A stretch of 64,000 nt of DNA from Nitrospirota bacterium (GTDB lineage Bacteria; Nitrospirota; Thermodesulfovibrionia; Thermodesulfovibrionales; Dissulfurispiraceae). This document shows, piece after piece, positions 61,859 through 64,000 of the stretch; position 1 is the stretch's first letter; every line of letters begins with the position of its first letter. The notes beneath the pieces are model-generated. The model did not search any database. It saw nothing but the letters and a program-made list of their open reading frames with translations, and had not been told where the DNA came from. The translations under genes were made by a program, and so were the position numbers. Location of the stretch: the NCBI GenBank assembly GCA_963710375.1, contig CAVPZX010000002.1, positions 160,001 to 224,000 on the forward strand, read 5' to 3'.

Positions 61859-61993
61859 GAGCGGGCAGGACATAGTGCCGTAGCGGGCGTCGGCAGCGCG
61901 AGACGCCATGGATGGCTGAACGGGCTGACGTCGCCTTCGAGCAAGGCGGGATGCCTTGCGAGATTTAGCCGAGGCACTGTGTCCTGACTGCTC
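61859..61993. mobile_element. MITE-like palindromic element, 135 bp
   Basis: Ends GAGCGGGCAGGACATAGTGCC / GGCACTGTGTCCTGACTGCTC (18/21); inner hairpins GCCATGGATGGC and GCAAGGCGGGATGCCTTGC. Confidence 0.7.
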
Positions 61994-62006
61994 GACACCC
62001 TCATGA

Positions 62007-62753
62007 TTAGGCTCCGACCTCTCTTCCCAGGTATGCCCTCTGGACATCCCTGTTCAATAAAAGGTCTTCAGCGGATTCCTGCAATATAATTCTTCCGGTT
62101 TCGAGCACGTATCCCGTGTCCGCTATTTTCAGCGCGCTGCGGGCGTTTTGTTCTATAAGAAGGACTGTGAGCCCCAATGTATTTCTGAGTTCTGTGATAT
62201 GGCCCAGAATGTCCTTCACTATAAGAGGCGCAAGCCCCATGCACGGCTCATCCAGAAGAAGCAGCTTAGGCCTTGCCATCAAAGCTCGCCCTATGGCGAG
62301 CATTTGTTGCTCACCTCCCGAAAGTGTCCCGGCAAGCTGCTTCCTTCTTTCCATGAGCGCAGGGAACATCGAATATATCTGTTCAATCTCATCTTTGATC
62401 CCTGAGCGTTTCCTGAACGAATAACGATGGTATGCGCCCAGGAGCAGATTGTCTTCAACTGTCATTGGCTTGAACACAAGGCCCCTTTCAGGCACCTGGG
62501 ATATGCCAATGGCAACAATCTTTTCCGCACTATATTCGGTTATATCAGTCCCGTCATACACGATACTCCCGCCGCTCGGTTTGATAAGTCCTGAGAGCGT
62601 CTTCAGGAGTGTGGTCTTTCCGGCGCCGTTGGCGCCTATCAGAGCGACGATATCCCCCCTGTTGACATGCATGGAAACCCGTTTGACAGCATGTATCTTG
62701 CCATAATGTACGTCAACGTTTTTCAGCACCAGCAGCGTCTTGTTACTCATCAT
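62007..62753 (-). CDS. livF: Branched-chain amino acid-type ABC ATPase
   Basis: GANGAGKTT, LSGGEQQ, LLLDEP. Confidence 0.92.
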   Translation of the reverse strand: MMSNKTLLVLKNVDVHYGKIHAVKRVSMHVNRGDIVALIGANGAGKTTLLKTLSGLIKPSGGSIVYDGTDITEYSAEKIVAIGISQVPERGLVFKPMTVEDNLLLGAYHRYSFRKRSGIKDEIEQIYSMFPALMERRKQLAGTLSGGEQQMLAIGRALMARPKLLLLDEPCMGLAPLIVKDILGHITELRNTLGLTVLLIEQNARSALKIADTGYVLETGRIILQESAEDLLLNRDVQRAYLGREVGA

Positions 62754-63504
62754 CCACTCCAAGATATGCCGCTATGACGGCAGGGTCCTTCTGTATCTCG
62801 TGGGGAGGGCCTTCGGCTAATATCTCCCCGAAATTCAGGACAGTTATCCTGTCGCTTATTTGCATCACAAGGTCCATGTCATGCTCGACAAGGATTATAG
62901 TTATATTCATTTCGCTCCGTATCCTTTGCAGCACGCAGCCAAGACTGCGGGTCTCTTTAATGTTCAGCCCTGCAGCAGGCTCGTCGAGCAGAAGGAACCT
63001 GGGTTCGGTTGCAAGCGCCCTTCCGATTTCCAGGGTTCTTTGTTCCCCTATCGGGAGATTTGACGAAATATCGTTTGCCCTATGTCCGAGATTGATATAT
63101 TCAAGGATTTCTTTGCTCCTGCGCCTGGTCTCCTCCTCTTCTTTTACGGCAAAAGGCAGTCTGAGGCCTGAAGAGATGAAACCCGATTTTGTCTTTGAAT
63201 ATCTGCCGACCATGATGTTTTCGAGCAACGTCATGTCTCCGAACAATTCCAGATGCTGAAACGTACGGGAGATGCCCTGCCTCGATCTTCTTAGAGAAGA
63301 CATATTGCTTATGTCAATACCTGAGAGGAAAACCGCACCCCTATCCGGGGCGTCCATGCCGGTGATAATATTTAGAAGGGTTGTTTTCCCAGCCCCGTTT
63401 GGACCGATAAGCGCGCTCAGAGAGTTTTCTCTGACGCTGAAATTCACGTTGTTCAGGGCCGTCAGGCCTCCGAAACGTTTTGTCACCTCTTTAACTTCGA
63501 GCAA
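62743..63504 (-). CDS. livG: Branched-chain amino acid-type ABC ATPase
   Basis: GPNGAGKTT, RTFQ, LLLDEPAAG, VEHDM, AYLG. Confidence 0.92.
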   Translation of the reverse strand: MLEVKEVTKRFGGLTALNNVNFSVRENSLSALIGPNGAGKTTLLNIITGMDAPDRGAVFLSGIDISNMSSLRRSRQGISRTFQHLELFGDMTLLENIMVGRYSKTKSGFISSGLRLPFAVKEEEETRRRSKEILEYINLGHRANDISSNLPIGEQRTLEIGRALATEPRFLLLDEPAAGLNIKETRSLGCVLQRIRSEMNITIILVEHDMDLVMQISDRITVLNFGEILAEGPPHEIQKDPAVIAAYLGVDDE

Positions 63505-64000
63505 ATGTAAACACCTTTCTGAACTTGTTAATAAGACGCGGGACTATGCCGTCTCTCAGGAACAGCAGCGAGAGTGTCAATATCAGACCATAAACAAGGA
63601 CGTCGAGTTCTTCGAATCGCCTCAAAAGCTCCGGCAGTACGGTTATAACAATGGCGCCGACTATTCCGCCCCACAGATTAGTTATCCCTCCGACAACGAC
63701 CATCATCAACACCAGAACCGAATAGAAGAATGAAAAGCTGCTCGGGCTTATGAATGTCATAAAATGTGCGTAAAGGCCGCCGGCAAGCGCGGCATAGACT
63801 GCGCTGAGCACAAACACCTTTATTTTGAGCACAACTACGTCCAGCCCCATAGCGTCGCTTGCAAGCACACTGCCGTGAATAGCCCTCAGCGCCCTGCCGC
63901 TCCTCGAGTTCATAAGATTCAAAGAAAAGGCCATAACCGCAGCAACGACCAGCCAGGTGAGATAAAAAAAGCCTCTTGTTGTATTCAGTGTATATCCGAA
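63491..64000 (-). CDS. livM: Branched-chain amino acid-type ABC permease (5' end outside window)
   Basis: SRSGRALRAI, AGGLYAH, MVVVGG. Confidence 0.88.
   Translation of the reverse strand, partial: FGYTLNTTRGFFYLTWLVVAAVMAFSLNLMNSRSGRALRAIHGSVLASDAMGLDVVVLKIKVFVLSAVYAALAGGLYAHFMTFISPSSFSFFYSVLVLMMVVVGGITNLWGGIVGAIVITVLPELLRRFEELDVLVYGLILTLSLLFLRDGIVPRLINKFRKVFTFARS

Overview
64 kb of bacterial chromosome, mostly housekeeping genes; gene content and style suggest an anaerobic Nitrospirota/Desulfobacterota-type organism (inference, not verified). Left to right: type IV pilus pilMNOPQ, a PilZ protein, an MFS pump, aspS, an orphan sensor kinase with a CxxCH motif, an accessory patch (orphan ORF, YqgE, peptidase S51, GNAT, aroK, serpin remnant, ORF6N, RES-Xre toxin-antitoxin), rluB, surA, hypE, an FN3 lipoprotein, argH and an EF-G paralogue. 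Next is a long aspartate-family cluster (aminotransferase-hom-moeB-JAMM-thrC2-sulfur carrier-NIL-thrC-apgM-like-lysC-cimA), then lipA, csp, mazG, satP, purCE, htpX, USP, a rhodanese/diheme cytochrome pair, a RubisCO-like protein plus cupin, trpB2-iorA, paaI, three exported phosphoesterase-like genes, a Y1/RAYT transposase with terminal inverted repeats, paaK and livFGM. Highlights: (1) a probable sulfur-carrier-dependent homocysteine route from O-phosphohomoserine; (2) six 120-230 bp palindromic elements, one translated in frame inside a lipoprotein signal peptide; (3) a GNAT gene bracketed by 29-bp direct repeats behind a RAYT remnant; (4) an RLP-cupin pair resembling the MTA-isoprenoid shunt; (5) four +1 frameshifts at or next to AGCT sites, probably methylation-linked sequencing errors. 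No rRNA, tRNA or CRISPR array was seen. All calls come from reading sequence and motifs; no database search was run.
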